DNA of 63,806 nucleotides, filler included, from Octopus bimaculoides (GCF_001194135.2; 5 parts of 5 records of this genome joined end to end with filler, not necessarily neighbours in it); one strand, 5' to 3'. Shown: positions 1 to 12,729, counted from the whole stretch's first letter. Made by a program: numbers and translations. The notes: a model not told the origin generated them from the sequence alone.

Positions 1-13
1 ATATATATATATA

Positions 14-238
14 TACTCTTTTACTCTTTTACTTGTTTCAGTCTTTGGACTGTGGCCATGCTGGATCACCGCCTTTTAGTCGAGCAAATCGATCCCAGGA
101 CTTATTCTTTAGAAGCCTAGTACTTATTCTATCGGTCTATTTTGCCGAACCGCTCAGTTACGGGGACATAAACACACCAGCATCGGTTGTCAAGCGATGT
201 TGGGGGGACAAACACACACATACAAACATACACACACA
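14..238 (-). mobile_element. 3' half of tRNA/CORE-like SINE (family A)
   Basis: Reverse complement reads TGTTTGTCCCCCCAACATCGCTTGACAACCGATGCTGGTG...CAGCATGGCCACAGTCCAAAGACTGAAACAAGTAAAAGAGTAAAAGAGT. The same sequence recurs at 39370-39575, 48855-49058 and 51662-51890. Confidence 0.85.
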
Positions 239-1319
239 CGTACTTGGTCGGTATTGTCTTATGAAGTGTATTTCCTTGCTAATGCGTTCATTTTGGCTAG
301 AAAACAGGAAAATACCTCTCAGCCAGTGCATCGACGAATGTGCTTAGAACGAATTTCCCAAATTCACAGCGTTTCCACTATACATACAAATTCAAAGACA
401 ATGCTAGTAATGATAATAAGTGCTCAACACTGTATTGGTGGATAAACATTCTTTATTTGTGTATTAAGGCAACGTTTGGTTTCATGTTAGGAAAACACCT
501 TAAGTTTTCAAGCTGATCACATAGAAAAATTGGTGTTCGTCTCCAAGGTGCTATCACAAACTGATCACAAAGCGGCAATGTGCCATAACGGCTCACAACT
601 GTTGTATTTGGTGGAACCTTCCCTGTATCTTGTGGAATTCAACATTTGTGGTGTGTTGTGTCAACATTCAAACAATTTTCGGATTTTGGAATTTCGGATA
701 AAGGATCTCTAACTCATATGTATGTGTGCACATTCATATACATGTTGCGTGTATGGAAGTTTCTCTACGGCAAACTATTGCTTGCTTTGAAAAAAAAAAT
801 GTTTTTATATTCTTTTTAAGAATTTCGTAAAGCAACTTTACGATATTTAGCATAACATAAGAATTCGTGAAATGGGCTGCTTTATAGTTCGATTGTTAAT
901 AAATTGTCAGTCAGACGTGACGCTAAATGTGATTGGATTACAAATAGGAAGGCCTGCTTTTCTTATAGAAAATTAGCTGCTGGAATCCTGAATATTTTTA
1001 TCTAAACATGATAGATGAAAAAGAAATACAAGACAAAACAGCTCTTATTTTTACATGAATCTGTTGTTAACAGATCGTCTATGTTTTACCATCATTTACA
1101 TATATTTTAAATTTGTGTTTTTCTTACTAACAATATATGCGTGGAATAATTAGATGGTATTTTAAACAATATTTGTGTACGCTGAAAAATACATGTACAT
1201 TTATCCTGTAGCATATTAAAATGAAGTGTTTGATCTTAAACGTTACTTTTATCATGGGATTGAAAAGAAACCACTCTTGGCGCTATTCCTGTGTAGTGGC
1301 TGGAGTTTTAAGAACAACC

Positions 1320-1500
1320 TGGAATTCTCCTGTTTCAGACACTGGACTGCAGTACTTCCGGGGAATCGCTCTGAAGGGTTAAATCAAATGAATCGATCAC
1401 ATTAGTTGCTTTTGATTTTAGTACTTAGAACTTAAGCAAAAGAGATCAATAGAATAAACCATGAGGATGTAAACAATCCAACATTGTTGTAAAGCGTAGA
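1320..1500 (-). mobile_element. Degenerate family A SINE tail
   Basis: GTTTCAGACACTGGACTGCAG...GATGTAAACAATCCAACATTG loosely matches the family A tail seen at 14-238. Confidence 0.4.
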
Positions 1501-1689
1501 AGACAAGCATGGCCGCATCATCCATCCATCCATCCATCCATCCACCCATCCATTCTACGTGAACAATTTTACCAGTATTCGAAGTTTCAAACTGTTCAGT
1601 TAAAAAAAAATTAATTAAAAAATCTGTGATTGAGATGGAATAGTTCCAAGTTGCCTTAAAGAGTGTTAACCTTATTGTTTTTATTAATT

Positions 1690-2150
1690 CACCGAATCAT
1701 TCTAGAATCCCGCCATAGATGGATAGAAGATAGAACCTGTGACATTCACAGGTCTTCTTCAACTGGTGGGAATTTATACGGTTGATGTTCAGTTTTAAAT
1801 TGTTGTTTGTAGGAAAACCATAACCCCATGGATTGGAATAAACTTCCAGAGAGCCACTTTTATAGTCAGGAATAATAAAGCGGAGTGTTCGGTGTGGGTG
1901 TTTATGAGGAGGCAGCTCAGTTAGGATGACCAGAGAATAACATGTGAATGGGAGGAGTAGGCCTAAGAGGCCATGATATGTAGTGAGCCAGTGGAGAGGA
2001 TGAGATGCTGTAGCAGCAGAGTTGCTAAGGAGGAGAACAGTTACATGTTTGTGAGCGAATCTTTTCTAGACACTCGAATAACTTGTAGCTGCATTATGCC
2101 ATAAATTCCAGCAAAAGTTTATTGTGGATCTTAACTTTTTCTTGTGCTAG
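1690..2150 (-). mobile_element. Degenerate 3' end of CR1/L2-group LINE ORF2
   Basis: Frameshifted minus-strand peptides (THTEHSALLF..WLSGSLFQS..YKQQFK; KLNINRIN) resemble the RT C-terminal RT..Y..SF.P.T..LWNSLP..VFP..NL..FK region. Confidence 0.45.
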
Positions 2151-2421
2151 AAACTCATCATCGTCGTAGTATTTCTTGGCTTGAGAAACCTAAGAAAATA
2201 TATGGGAGAAAGGAAACAAATCGGCATGAATTGGGCAGTAGGTCAACGATGAATCTGCCAAAAATAAAAGAAACTTAAAACGAATAAAACGATTGGCGAA
2301 TGAACCAACAGAAACCAAACCAAGTTGTTTGCTTGTGTCAATAGTTCAAAGTAAAATCGTAATAAATGATAAACAAATCTTACATGACAGACCAAACATC
2401 CATCCGCAATAACATTCCCCC

Positions 2422-2467
2422 CCTCTCTCTCTTTCTTTCTCTATCTCTCTATCTCTCTATCTATCTC

Positions 2468-2512
<45 letters not shown>
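2422..2512. repeat. (CT)n/(CTAT)n microsatellite
   Basis: Directly visible. Confidence 0.95.
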
Positions 2513-2513
<1 letters not shown>

Positions 2514-3577
2514 GCGTGCGCGCTCAAACATACACACATGCACTTACACATGCATTTGCAAATGCACACTGAATATACAAACACTACAGCATGATGAGTT
2601 GTTTTAACAGACACGTCTTAGGCAAGATTAATTGATTGATTAACATATCAGTACTGCCAGATCAATAATTTGCCGACAGGCTTTCTATTGTTCACTTGCA
2701 TTCTGCGGATGAGATTCAACTGAGCAGACTTGTGAATAATACTAAAAAATACCTCCGAGTAAACTTTTATAACAATAGTCAAATCACCAGTGATGTATGG
2801 GAAAGACCACAAGACACTAGAAGTGTTGATCATAATATATATATATACATAAGCATTTTTTAACAGGAGCATGTATATGGTCGCCCAACTTTCAAGAAAT
2901 AGCAGCGAAATCTACCTCAAAACACACTGAAACAACAGTAGACCATAAATGTATTCTATAATTCTTTTTATATATAAAGTCAAGATGGATAAATGCTACT
3001 GAAATCAAGATGGGACAAGTGTTGTGATGATGAGGCTACTGCGGCAGAATCGTGTATCAACGGCTGTTTCCGTGTTTCCAAACTAGCGGACAGCTGTGAA
3101 CACGTATTTCTATCTCAGTTATGATGTCAGTTTCGAGAATTTTTGATTTTGAGATTACTTCGATTATCTCCCCTTCTCATTTCGAGTTGGTCGTACTTGT
3201 AAATCAAATGGATTAGTTTACTTTTAGTAAATCAAGTATTTACACTTAACACACTTGTATATTGTCCACGTATATTATCTATATTGTCCACATTCATGTC
3301 ACTGGCTACTCTAAGTTACTTTTCCTTCGACCATTTTGGTTTTAAAATGGAGAGTCCACAGTACAATGTAATCATGGATAAATACGACTGAAAATAAACA
3401 GTTATGGATGGGTCGTAACTGATCACGTATGAACTGAGACAAAAAAAAACAAACAATCATGTGTAGTCAATTTATAGCAAACGGTGTTCGAGTCTCTAAG
3501 TGGTCGCGTCACGCACGTGGTAGAAACAACAGTTTCTCAAAACACACTCTTGAATCTTTAAAAAAAATCACACGACT

Positions 3578-3730
3578 GTGTGATAAGAAGCTTGATTCTC
3601 AACCACGTGGTTTCAGGCTCAGTCCCACTGCATGGCACCTTGGGCAAGTGCCTTCTACTATAGCCTCGGACCAACCAAAGCCTTGTGAATGGATTTGGTA
3701 GGCGGAAACTGAAAGAAGCCCGTCGTATAT
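3578..3730 (+). mobile_element. Family A SINE 5' half running into an N-gap
   Basis: tRNA-like head followed by GGCACCTTGGGCAAGTG (CORE-like motif) and ...GGAAACTGAAAGAAGCCCGTCGTATAT. Confidence 0.85.
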
Positions 3731-4032
3731 NNNNNNNNNNNNNNNNNNNNNNNNNNNNNNNNNNNNNNNNNNNNNNNNNNNNNNNNNNNNNNNNNNNNNN
3801 NNNNNNNNNNNNNNNNNNNNNNNNNNNNNNNNNNNNNNNNNNNNNNNNNNNNNNNNNNNNNNNNNNNNNNNNNNNNNNNNNNNNNNNNNNNNNNNNNNNN
3901 NNNNNNNNNNNNNNNNNNNNNNNNNNNNNNNNNNNNNNNNNNNNNNNNNNNNNNNNNNNNNNNNNNNNNNNNNNNNNNNNNNNNNNNNNNNNNNNNNNNN
4001 NNNNNNNNNNNNNNNNNNNNNNNNNNNNNNNN

Positions 4033-4178
<146 letters not shown>

Positions 4179-4481
4179 GCAGTAGTAGGAGTGGTGGTAG
4201 TCGCAGCACCAGCAGTAGTAGTATTAGTAGTTCTTTGTGCTTTTTGTTATTACTTAACTAACAAAAAAGATTTGCAAATGTTTACTTTCGCAGACAGACG
4301 GTTTCAAGTTTAAACTTATGGATAAACTAAATGTAAAGATTAAATAAATAAATTATCCCACTTCTCATTCATCATATCACTGACACAAGAAAGATATCAA
4401 TGCATACGCATCTGTATGGGCACGAGCGTATTAATGTATGAATAATGTATATGTATGTACTTATATGAAACATTACGTATG

Positions 4482-4530
4482 TACAGGGTGTCCAAAAATA
4501 TATATATAGAATTTGAATGATTGCAAATCA
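4482..4530 (+). mobile_element. Possible isolated Tc1/mariner-type terminal inverted repeat
   Basis: TA-CAGGGTGTCCAAAAA resembles the TIR of the MITE at 46452 and the sequence at 32283-32315. No partner TIR was found. Confidence 0.3.
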
Positions 4531-4634
4531 TTCGAAACTATAATTTTTTTTTTCCGGTGAAACAATAATAGAAGAAATATTCAGCTTTCAGAAGAGGAAA
4601 ATGTATCTTAAAGTGCTACCAGGGTGTGTGTGTA

Positions 4635-4795
4635 GGCGCATGGCTTAATTGTTAGGGTATTTCGCTCATGATCGTAAGATTGGAGTTTCGATTCCTATGC
4701 GTTGTATTCTCACGCGAAACATTTCATTATATGTTACTTTGCTGGAAACATGAGTGACTTTGCAATGGAACGGCGTCTTGACCAGCGGGGGTGGT
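4635..4795 (+). mobile_element. Degenerate tRNA-derived SINE (family C)
   Basis: GGCGCATGGCTTAATTGTTAG (A-box-like) ... GAGTTTCGATTCC (B-box-like), followed by an unrelated body. Confidence 0.5.
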
Positions 4796-5014
4796 CAAGC
4801 GGGGTGGAAGTGAGATATATATAAATATATATATGAGAAGTGAGTTCATGGGTTAGATCCAGATATTTTCCGTATAGAATACACTTAGTAGTGCTCAAGA
4901 GATTTAAACTTGGGCAGGTACAGAAGTAAATGTAGAGAGATGCAACTTAGACAGATCAATATATAATGTATATTAAATACATCATACATATATCATCATC
5001 ATGTTCTTCTTTGT

Positions 5015-5090
5015 TTTCTTCTTCTTCTTCTTCTTCTTCTTCTTCTTCTTCTTCTTCTTCTTCTTCTTCTTCTTCTTCTTCTTCTTCTTT
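5015..5090. repeat. (TTC)n/(GAA)n microsatellite
   Basis: Directly visible. Confidence 0.97.
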
Positions 5091-6181
5091 CCTTGAAAAA
5101 AGCAGCAGGATTGGAAAAGATAGTGATAATATTTGAATTTGAATAACTTCACTACAAGTTTGCACTACATATTTACACTATTTACAGCCTCGTCTCCTAT
5201 GTGAGAAAATACGGTTTTACAATTCCACATTTAAAATTTCTATTTTTGAAAAGTTAATACTCTGTTTAAAATATAGTAGCAGATGGAACATAATTTATTC
5301 TTTGTTTCGTGTTTAAAATTGTTTTATTTCTAAAATATTCAGGTTTATACTCTATAAATATCAATGTGTTAATATCTCTAATGTTTGCCTATATTTCGAA
5401 TAAATCTTGCAAAAAAGAAAATTTACTGTCTAATTCATTGAGGAGAATTATCGAATATTTTATAATGTAAACAAATTTATTGTGAAACACAGAAGAATAA
5501 TCTTTTTTCACGTTCTATGGTATTTGAAACCATATAACTTTTCGAAAATTTGTATATGAAGAATTTTAATAACGATAATGGTCTAAATTATACACTACGT
5601 GTATATTGTCGTCTGAGTGATGTGAGTGAAAGCATGCTTATGAATGTAATAGAAATAATTAGAGCACAAGAGGTGAGAGAAAAAGATGGGGAGAGAGAGA
5701 GAGAGAGAGAGATGAAGAAGGAATAGAGAGAAAATTGGACAGCTAAAGACGATATGAAATATAAATTAACGAGAAATCAACAGAAAATGGACTTTCGACA
5801 TACAAAACTCTAGCAACGATTCTCACGCTAACACATCCTATTACCACTCGATTAAACTTCCTATGATTCCAAACCTAGTTTCTTGAATATTCGCCCCCAA
5901 CTAATTTTTAGTCCATTGAAAGTTCGAACTCAGCATCGATTTCTTCTTGCATTATTATTATTATTCTGGGATGAATTTCGATTTCTGTGCAAATTTTGCA
6001 AATGAATGGTGACATATTTTCAATTAAACATTAGGCCAGTGAGATGATGGAGGGCCACTAACATTTTGGGACACTGTCATATTCTTTGATGAGATCAGAT
6101 TTGCTGTATTTACTGATAGTGGTCAAGTCTGGGTGTAGAGAATGGAGTAAGCGGAGCTAAAAGACACACAAAAACGAAAAG

Positions 6182-6226
6182 TGTCACTGAAGAGGTCACA
6201 GATGCGTGACGAAAGGTTTCCGGACA
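6182..6226 (+). ncRNA. Hammerhead-ribozyme-like motif (degenerate minimal type I)
   Basis: TGTC-A-CTGAAGA-G-GTCAC-AGATGC-GTGAC-GAAA-GGTTTC-CG-GACA: intact core, 5-bp stem II, imperfect stem I. Confidence 0.5.
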
Positions 6227-7492
6227 ATGGATGACATGTGTTAAACTAATAAAATAGAAACAGTAATAATGGAGTGAATAAAATATATATATACAGTGCG
6301 TGTGTTTATCTGGCAAAAGAATTGAATAAATAAAGTGACCATCCCCGAAATACAACAATATCTGTTTCAAAACACGATTTCACATCAGGAATCTTGCAAA
6401 ACGCATTGATAAACGTAATATATATANNNNNNNNNNNNNNNNNNNNNNNNNNNNNNNNNNNNNNNNNNNNNNNNNNNNNNNNNNNNNNNNNNNNNNNNNN
6501 NNNNNNNNNNNNNNNNNNNNNNNNNNNNNNNNNNNNNNNNNNNNNNNNNNNNNNNNNNNNNNNNNNNNNNNNNNNNNNNNNNNNNNNNNNNNNNNNNNNN
6601 NNNNNNNNNNNNNNNNNNNNNNNNNNNNNNNNNNNNNNNNNNNNNNNNNNNNNNNNNNNNNNNNNNNNNNNNNNNNNNNNNNNNNNNNNNNNNNNNNNNN
6701 NNNNNNNNNNNNNNNNNNNNNNNNNNNNNNNNNNNNNNNNNNNNNNNNNNNNNNNNNNNNNNNNNNNNNNNNNNNNNNNNNNNNNNNNNNNNNNNNNNNN
6801 NNNNNNNNNNNNNNNNNNNNNNNNNNNNNNNNNNNNNNNNNNNNNNNNNNNNNNNNNNNNNNNNNNNNNNNNNNNNNNNNNNNNNNNNNNNNNNNNNNNN
6901 NNNNNNNNNNNNNNNNNNNNNNNNNNNNNNNNNNNNNNNNATATATATGCATGCACAAACGCAGACACACACACAGACATATACACACACACACACGTAT
7001 ATATGTGTGTCGGTGTGTGATATTGTTAGCGATAAAACTGCGTCTGGACATGGTCTAAAAGAGATACACACAATTCAAACACTCAAGCTTCTATCTGAGT
7101 CTAGAATGTTATAAGGGATCCGTGTGTGTGTGCGTGTGTGTGTGTGTATTTAGACGCAATCACAGTTCGAAATAAAGGAAAATTGTATTCAATTTCTAGA
7201 ATGATTTATCTCTTACTTCATGTCGTTTCTCCATTCTTTCATACATAGCCTCTTTTCTAAAATGTTTCCCCGTATCTTATTTTCTTATCATTATTGCCGC
7301 CGCTGATAAAAAGGATTTTAATTATCGATAAAAACACTCTTTCTAGAGATAATTTGATAGTGTAAAGAAATGATATTTATATACGCGTGCGTGTGTATGT
7401 AAATATGTATGTATGGATGTATATGTGCATGTTTGTATGAATGTGTGTGTTTACGCATTTATGCAGATATATATATATATATATATATATCT

Positions 7493-7585
7493 ACTTAGCG
7501 TTATTTCGCAAGCTGCTACGTTCAGAGTTCAAATTTCGTCGCAGTCGATTTTGCCTTCCATCTCTGCGGGATCAATAAATTAAGT
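7493..7585 (+). mobile_element. Family B SINE fragment
   Basis: GAGTTCAAATTTCGTCGCAGTCGATTTTGCCTTCCATC matches the family B B-box and central domain. Confidence 0.7.
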
Positions 7586-7650
7586 GTCACTGGAAAAAGC
7601 ATATAATATTTTGCGTTTGAAATGAGTTGTCATCGCTAGCTGGTGATTAT

Positions 7651-7695
7651 CACACACTGATGACGCGTTACTACCTAGAAACCCGGGTCTGTGTG
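7651..7695 (+). ncRNA. Minimal type-I hammerhead-ribozyme-like motif
   Basis: CACACA-CTGATGA-(14 nt)-GAA-ACCCGGGT-C-TGTGTG: perfect core, palindromic stem III, GUC site, 6-bp stem I. Stem II is weak. Confidence 0.6.
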
Positions 7696-7958
7696 TATCA
7701 CATAAGGCCAGAGATCGAAACGATGATTTCCCTTCGCAAATACTGATCAGACACGAGCAGTGTGTTGTTAGCCAGTTGGAGGACATGTACTCCTGGGGTT
7801 ATAAACAACAGTAGCATCGTCCCCTATGGGACCGCTACGTTTAGATGGCAAATATACTTCTCGCTTCCCTAATATTGCACCGAAAGCATATATCTCGACT
7901 CGATCAGAAATTTTATATATCGCTCCGGAAGCATATATATATATATATATACACATAC

Positions 7959-8005
<47 letters not shown>

Positions 8006-8545
8006 CGTAGAAACATACACAAACATACAAATGTTTCACGTACATGCAGCAGTTAAGCGCAGATAGATATATGTGTGTATGCGTGCGTTTGTGCTTGTGT
8101 GTATGTGAGTTTGTGTGTCTATGTGTGTGTGTATGTATGTTTACGATATATTTTTGCACAATACAGCTTTCTCATCGTTATTAAGTTGTTTAAGTAGATA
8201 ATAATACACTTGTATGAAGAAGGATGAGTGAACGAGAGAGAAAAACATTCTACATTTCCCCTATTAACATCAAACAGCTGGACAGAAGTTTTCAGCGATG
8301 CTTCGCTCATCACCACCAGAATGATGGCGCCAATATTTTCGCCTGCCGCCTATTAGGAATGCCGTTTCTAAAATATGGCTAAAAGAAGGACTAATNNNNN
8401 NNNNNNNNNNNNNNNNNNNNNNNNNNNNNNNNNNNNNNNNNNNNNNNNNNNNNNNNNNNNNNNNNNNNNNNNNNNNNNNNNNNNNNNNNNNNNNNNNNNN
8501 NNNNNNNNNNNNNNNNNNNNNNNNNNNNNNNNNNNNNNNNNNNNN

Positions 8546-8594
<49 letters not shown>

Positions 8595-8844
8595 ATGTAT
8601 TTATGTATTATGTATGTATATATATGTATGTGTGTGTGGCAGACTAAACAATCTTGAACGGAAGATCGAAGTTCGAAAGAATCAGTGAAATCCAGGGAAA
8701 CGCAATTATGGATAATGGGTTTTGCACTTGATTTGTATTAGAAGACTTTTATGGTTCGAGAGTGAGTACAATAAATTGACCATTCCAGTTTCGCACCATA
8801 CTGTTTCTTGCACTGTCTAACTTATATAAATATAGAATGTTTTT

Positions 8845-9060
8845 TTTTATCTTTTGTCTAGGTCATTGGACTGCGGGCAATACTGAGACGCCATTTTGAA
8901 GGGTTTGGTCGGAGAAAAAAAATCGTTCATAGTACTAATTTTAAAATCTCGTATCTATTCTATCGGTGTCTTTTACCGAACCGCTATGTTACGGAGATCT
9001 AAATAAATCAAAAGCATTTGCCAAGCTGTTGGGGTGTGGGTGTGTGCAGAACTCGCACAT
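8845..9060 (-). mobile_element. Family A SINE 3' half (diverged)
   Basis: CTATTCTATCGGTGTCTTTTACCGAACCGCTATGTTACGG matches the family A tail. Confidence 0.75.
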
Positions 9061-9084
9061 ACATACATACATATATGCATACAT

Positions 9085-9127
<43 letters not shown>

Positions 9128-9255
9128 CATACATACATACATATAATGTTTCTGCCAGGTCTCCGCTTTGAGAAATTATAAAATATTGAGAGTCCTATTA
9201 GCCTATAACCAGTAGCTTTTTTACCTTCTGAGTCGCTGCTGCAGGCCAGATATAC

Positions 9256-9468
9256 ATTCCCTTCTACTCTAGGCACAAGGCCCGAAATTTTGGGGGAGGA
9301 GGCCAGTCGATTAGATGAATCCCAGTACACATATGCTACTTAATTTATCGACTCCGAAAGGATGAAAGGCAAAGTCGACCTCGGCGGAATTTGAACTCAG
9401 AACGTAAAGACAGACGAAATACCGCTAAGCATTTCGCCCGGCGTCCTAACGTCTCTGCCAGCTCGCCA
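9256..9468 (-). mobile_element. Near full-length tRNA-derived SINE (family B, Deu/Nin-like central domain)
   Basis: Reverse complement: GGCGAGCTGGCAGAGACG (A box)...GAGTTCAAATTCC (B box)...GACTTTGCCTTTCATCCTTTCGGAGTCGATAAATTAAGTA...CTTGTGCCTAGAGTAGAAGGGAATG. About 16 copies or fragments in the window. The domain name is my recollection and is not verified. Confidence 0.88.
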
Positions 9469-10260
9469 GATATATATCACTTAGCTAATAACTAGATTGT
9501 GGCAGCTGTCTTTCGTCTTGGAAATGAATATGTCCTATATCTTAGACGATACCATTAGGCAGTTGTTACAATTACTCATCCTTTCTTTTCCAAATACTTT
9601 ACCAAACGAGTTCCTTCAAATAGTTAATTAGATTTTGAATAATGAAAGCTGGTTAGGCCTTATGCATGCAAACAATTGCTACTCAATATTTTCTTGACAG
9701 ATATATTAAACTAAATTCTTTCGCACTACATTATAAGCCAACAGTTAATAGGATCATTAGCAGTGCCAGATAAGACGCAAGTTCTATTAAGCTTTGAATT
9801 CAAACTTATTGATGGCGAATTTACTTCTCACTCTTCCTGTTGTCGATATTAGTCCATTACTGACGTCGATCTAATAGCATATTCTATCCCTTTGATCTGT
9901 ACCCTTGCGTCTGTGTCAGAAACAATGCCTTTCTTGTATTTGAAGATTGAAAAGAGTCAGGCTATAGTGAAATGATGAGGTCTAATAAAGACAAAACATG
10001 CCGGGATATGGTACCGTTTTGTTGAAGATCAGACAGCATTCCCTTGCATCAAATAAACCACCAAAAAAACTATACATGCATACAAACATACACACACACA
10101 CACTCGCGCGAGCACACACACACAACTGTTTATCATATGCATAATGTGTATAATTAATTCAATAATAGGATAAAAATCTTTTACAAAAATTTTATCAAGT
10201 AGCTGTCGTGAAAAAACTCGTAAGGGAAAAATCCATCATTATCCCTAGAATATATTTATT

Positions 10261-10374
10261 TATTTATATTTATATAAGGGCATTACTACAGAATAATGCA
10301 TCACTCTAAGCTTTATTATGGTAGCTTATCGTGAGGCATTATTCTATAGTAATGCCCTTATATGAATATGAATA
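10261..10374. repeat. Long inverted repeat / hairpin
   Basis: 10272-10312 pairs with 10323-10363 (37/41 Watson-Crick), with a 10-nt loop. Confidence 0.9.
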
Positions 10375-11359
10375 NNNNNNNNNNNNNNNNNNNNNNNNNN
10401 NNNNNNNNNNNNNNNNNNNNNNNNNNNNNNNNNNNNNNNNNNNNNNNNNNNNNNNNNNNNNNNNNNNNNNNNNNNNNNNNNNNNNNNNNNNNNNNNNNNN
10501 NNNNNNNNNNNNNNNNNNNNNNNNNNNNNNNNNNNNNNNNNNNNNNNNNNNNNNNNNNNNNNNNNNNNNNNNNNNNNNNNNNNNNNNNNNNNNNNNNNNN
10601 NNNNNNNNNNNNNNNNNNNNNNNNNNNNNNNNNNNNNNNNNNNNNNNNNNNNNNNNNNNNNNNNNNNNNNNNNNNNNNNNNNNNNNNNNNNNNNNNNNNN
10701 NCACATATTTAACGTATGTTTATAACCATATATAATCTTTATAAACATATAACGACTGTTTGTCAATATATACATATATGCTGCAGAATAAAGAGAGAGG
10801 CATATACTTATGACAATAAACTATGCCCCATTACGTGTTGAGTTGGTGTAGTGTTTCGCCCTTCCAGAACCTATTAAAATACCATTCATGTATTACGGTT
10901 GATCTCACCAAGCATTCCTTACCCCAAATTTGTGACCTTGCAGTTTGTACTAGGAATAAATATTCTCTTAGTAATTATTTTTTCATAAATATATTACATA
11001 TTTTGTTAATAAAGAACTGATTCAGAGAAGAACAGTTAAGTAATATACGTTGGGGTAGTTAACTGATTTAGTTACGGTAGTTAGGCTTGATATCAAACTT
11101 CCTGGTTTGATAAAATAAATTCCAAGTTCTGGTCTCGTGTTAATTGAATATACATCTCGTTAGGTCTGTAATGTTTTGCATATAAGACTTGCCTGAAGAC
11201 CCAGCAAGCACATAGGCAAGACACAAACTCAGTGGCATCGAGTACTACTTCTTGTGAAAGTCGACACAAAACGGATATAGGCGTGCCTGTGTGGTAAGAA
11301 ATTAGCTTCTAAATCACGTGATTCTAAATTTGAAAGAATATTACATTTTCTGATGGCAG

Positions 11360-11540
11360 GGAGGGTATAGAGTCGATTAATTCAACTCCAGTATTTCTCG
11401 ACTTGATTTATCGACCCCGTACAGATGAAAAGCAAAGATCTCTGCCGGTGGGATTCAAATGGACATCGTGCAGGACCATAACTGTATAATGTGAGGCATT
11501 TATCCGACTTTATAACGAATCAATTTACCACTGCCCTAAC
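11360..11540 (-). mobile_element. Degenerate family B SINE
   Basis: GATTTATCGACCCCGTACAGATGAAAAGCAAAG matches the family B central domain. Confidence 0.65.
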
Positions 11541-12038
11541 TTTAAGAGCAGTTGTGACGAATCTAAGAGCGATACCCTATGTAATTACTGATTTGCTAAA
11601 TATAGTAGGCACATGTTCTCCTAACCACACTGTATCTTCTAAAAACAAGGAACTGAATAGTGTATTCTAGTGTAATACAATCTTAGGGAAAAATGGTTTG
11701 GTCATAGATCTGTACGATTCAGGAATGACATGAAGAACAAAAAAGAAAACAGCGATAACACGAGCAGTAGCAATATTAACACTCCAGTTCAGTCAGATTT
11801 AGAACAGGAAATATAAATAAAATTATTAAGTCTTATTGTTGGATAATATTAATGATTAGTAAGTCTGAGCTAAAGGAAATACATTGGCAAAATATATTGA
11901 ATATAATCACTCAATTTCCCAGAACTTCCAGCGTTATACCCAGTAGACATTGCGTCTACGCTAGAAAGAGAATTAACATAACAATGGAAATTATTAAAAG
12001 CTTCTTCTTATAGTTCGCTTGTAAAAACATGGTGTTTG

Positions 12039-12084
<46 letters not shown>

Positions 12085-12087
12085 CGT

Positions 12088-12129
<42 letters not shown>

Positions 12130-12276
12130 ACACACACACACATATATATATATGAATAAGGAGCAAATGTTCAGGAGTGAATATTTATATAGATATTATT
12201 ATTGTTATTATTATTCAAGGTAATCTAAATTGTTGATAATAACAACAACAACAAAAACAACAACAATATATGTATA

Positions 12277-12359
<83 letters not shown>

Positions 12360-12685
12360 NNNNNNNNNNNNNNNNNNNNNNNNNNNNNNNNNNNNNNNNN
12401 NNNNNNNNNNNNNNNNNNNNNNNNNNNNNNNNNNNNNNNNNNNNNNNNNNNNNNNNNNNNNNNNNNNNNNNNNNNNNNNNNNNNNNNNNNNNNNNNNNNN
12501 NNNNNNNNNNNNNNNNNNNNNNNNNNNNNNNNNNNNNNNNNNNNNNNNNNNNNNNNNNNNNNNNNNNNNNNNNNNNNNNNNNNNNNNNNNNNNNNNNNNN
12601 NNNNNNNNNNNNNNNNNNNNNNNNNNNNNNNNNNNNNNNNNNNNNNNNNNNNNNNNNNNNNNNNNNNNNNNNNNNNNNNNNNNNN

Positions 12686-12722
<37 letters not shown>

Positions 12723-12729
12723 ATACACA

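Noticed and set aside
670-716. pogo/Tigger-like terminal sequence TTCGGATTTTGGAATTTCGGATAAAGGA
   Set aside because: No partner TIR or TA target site was found.
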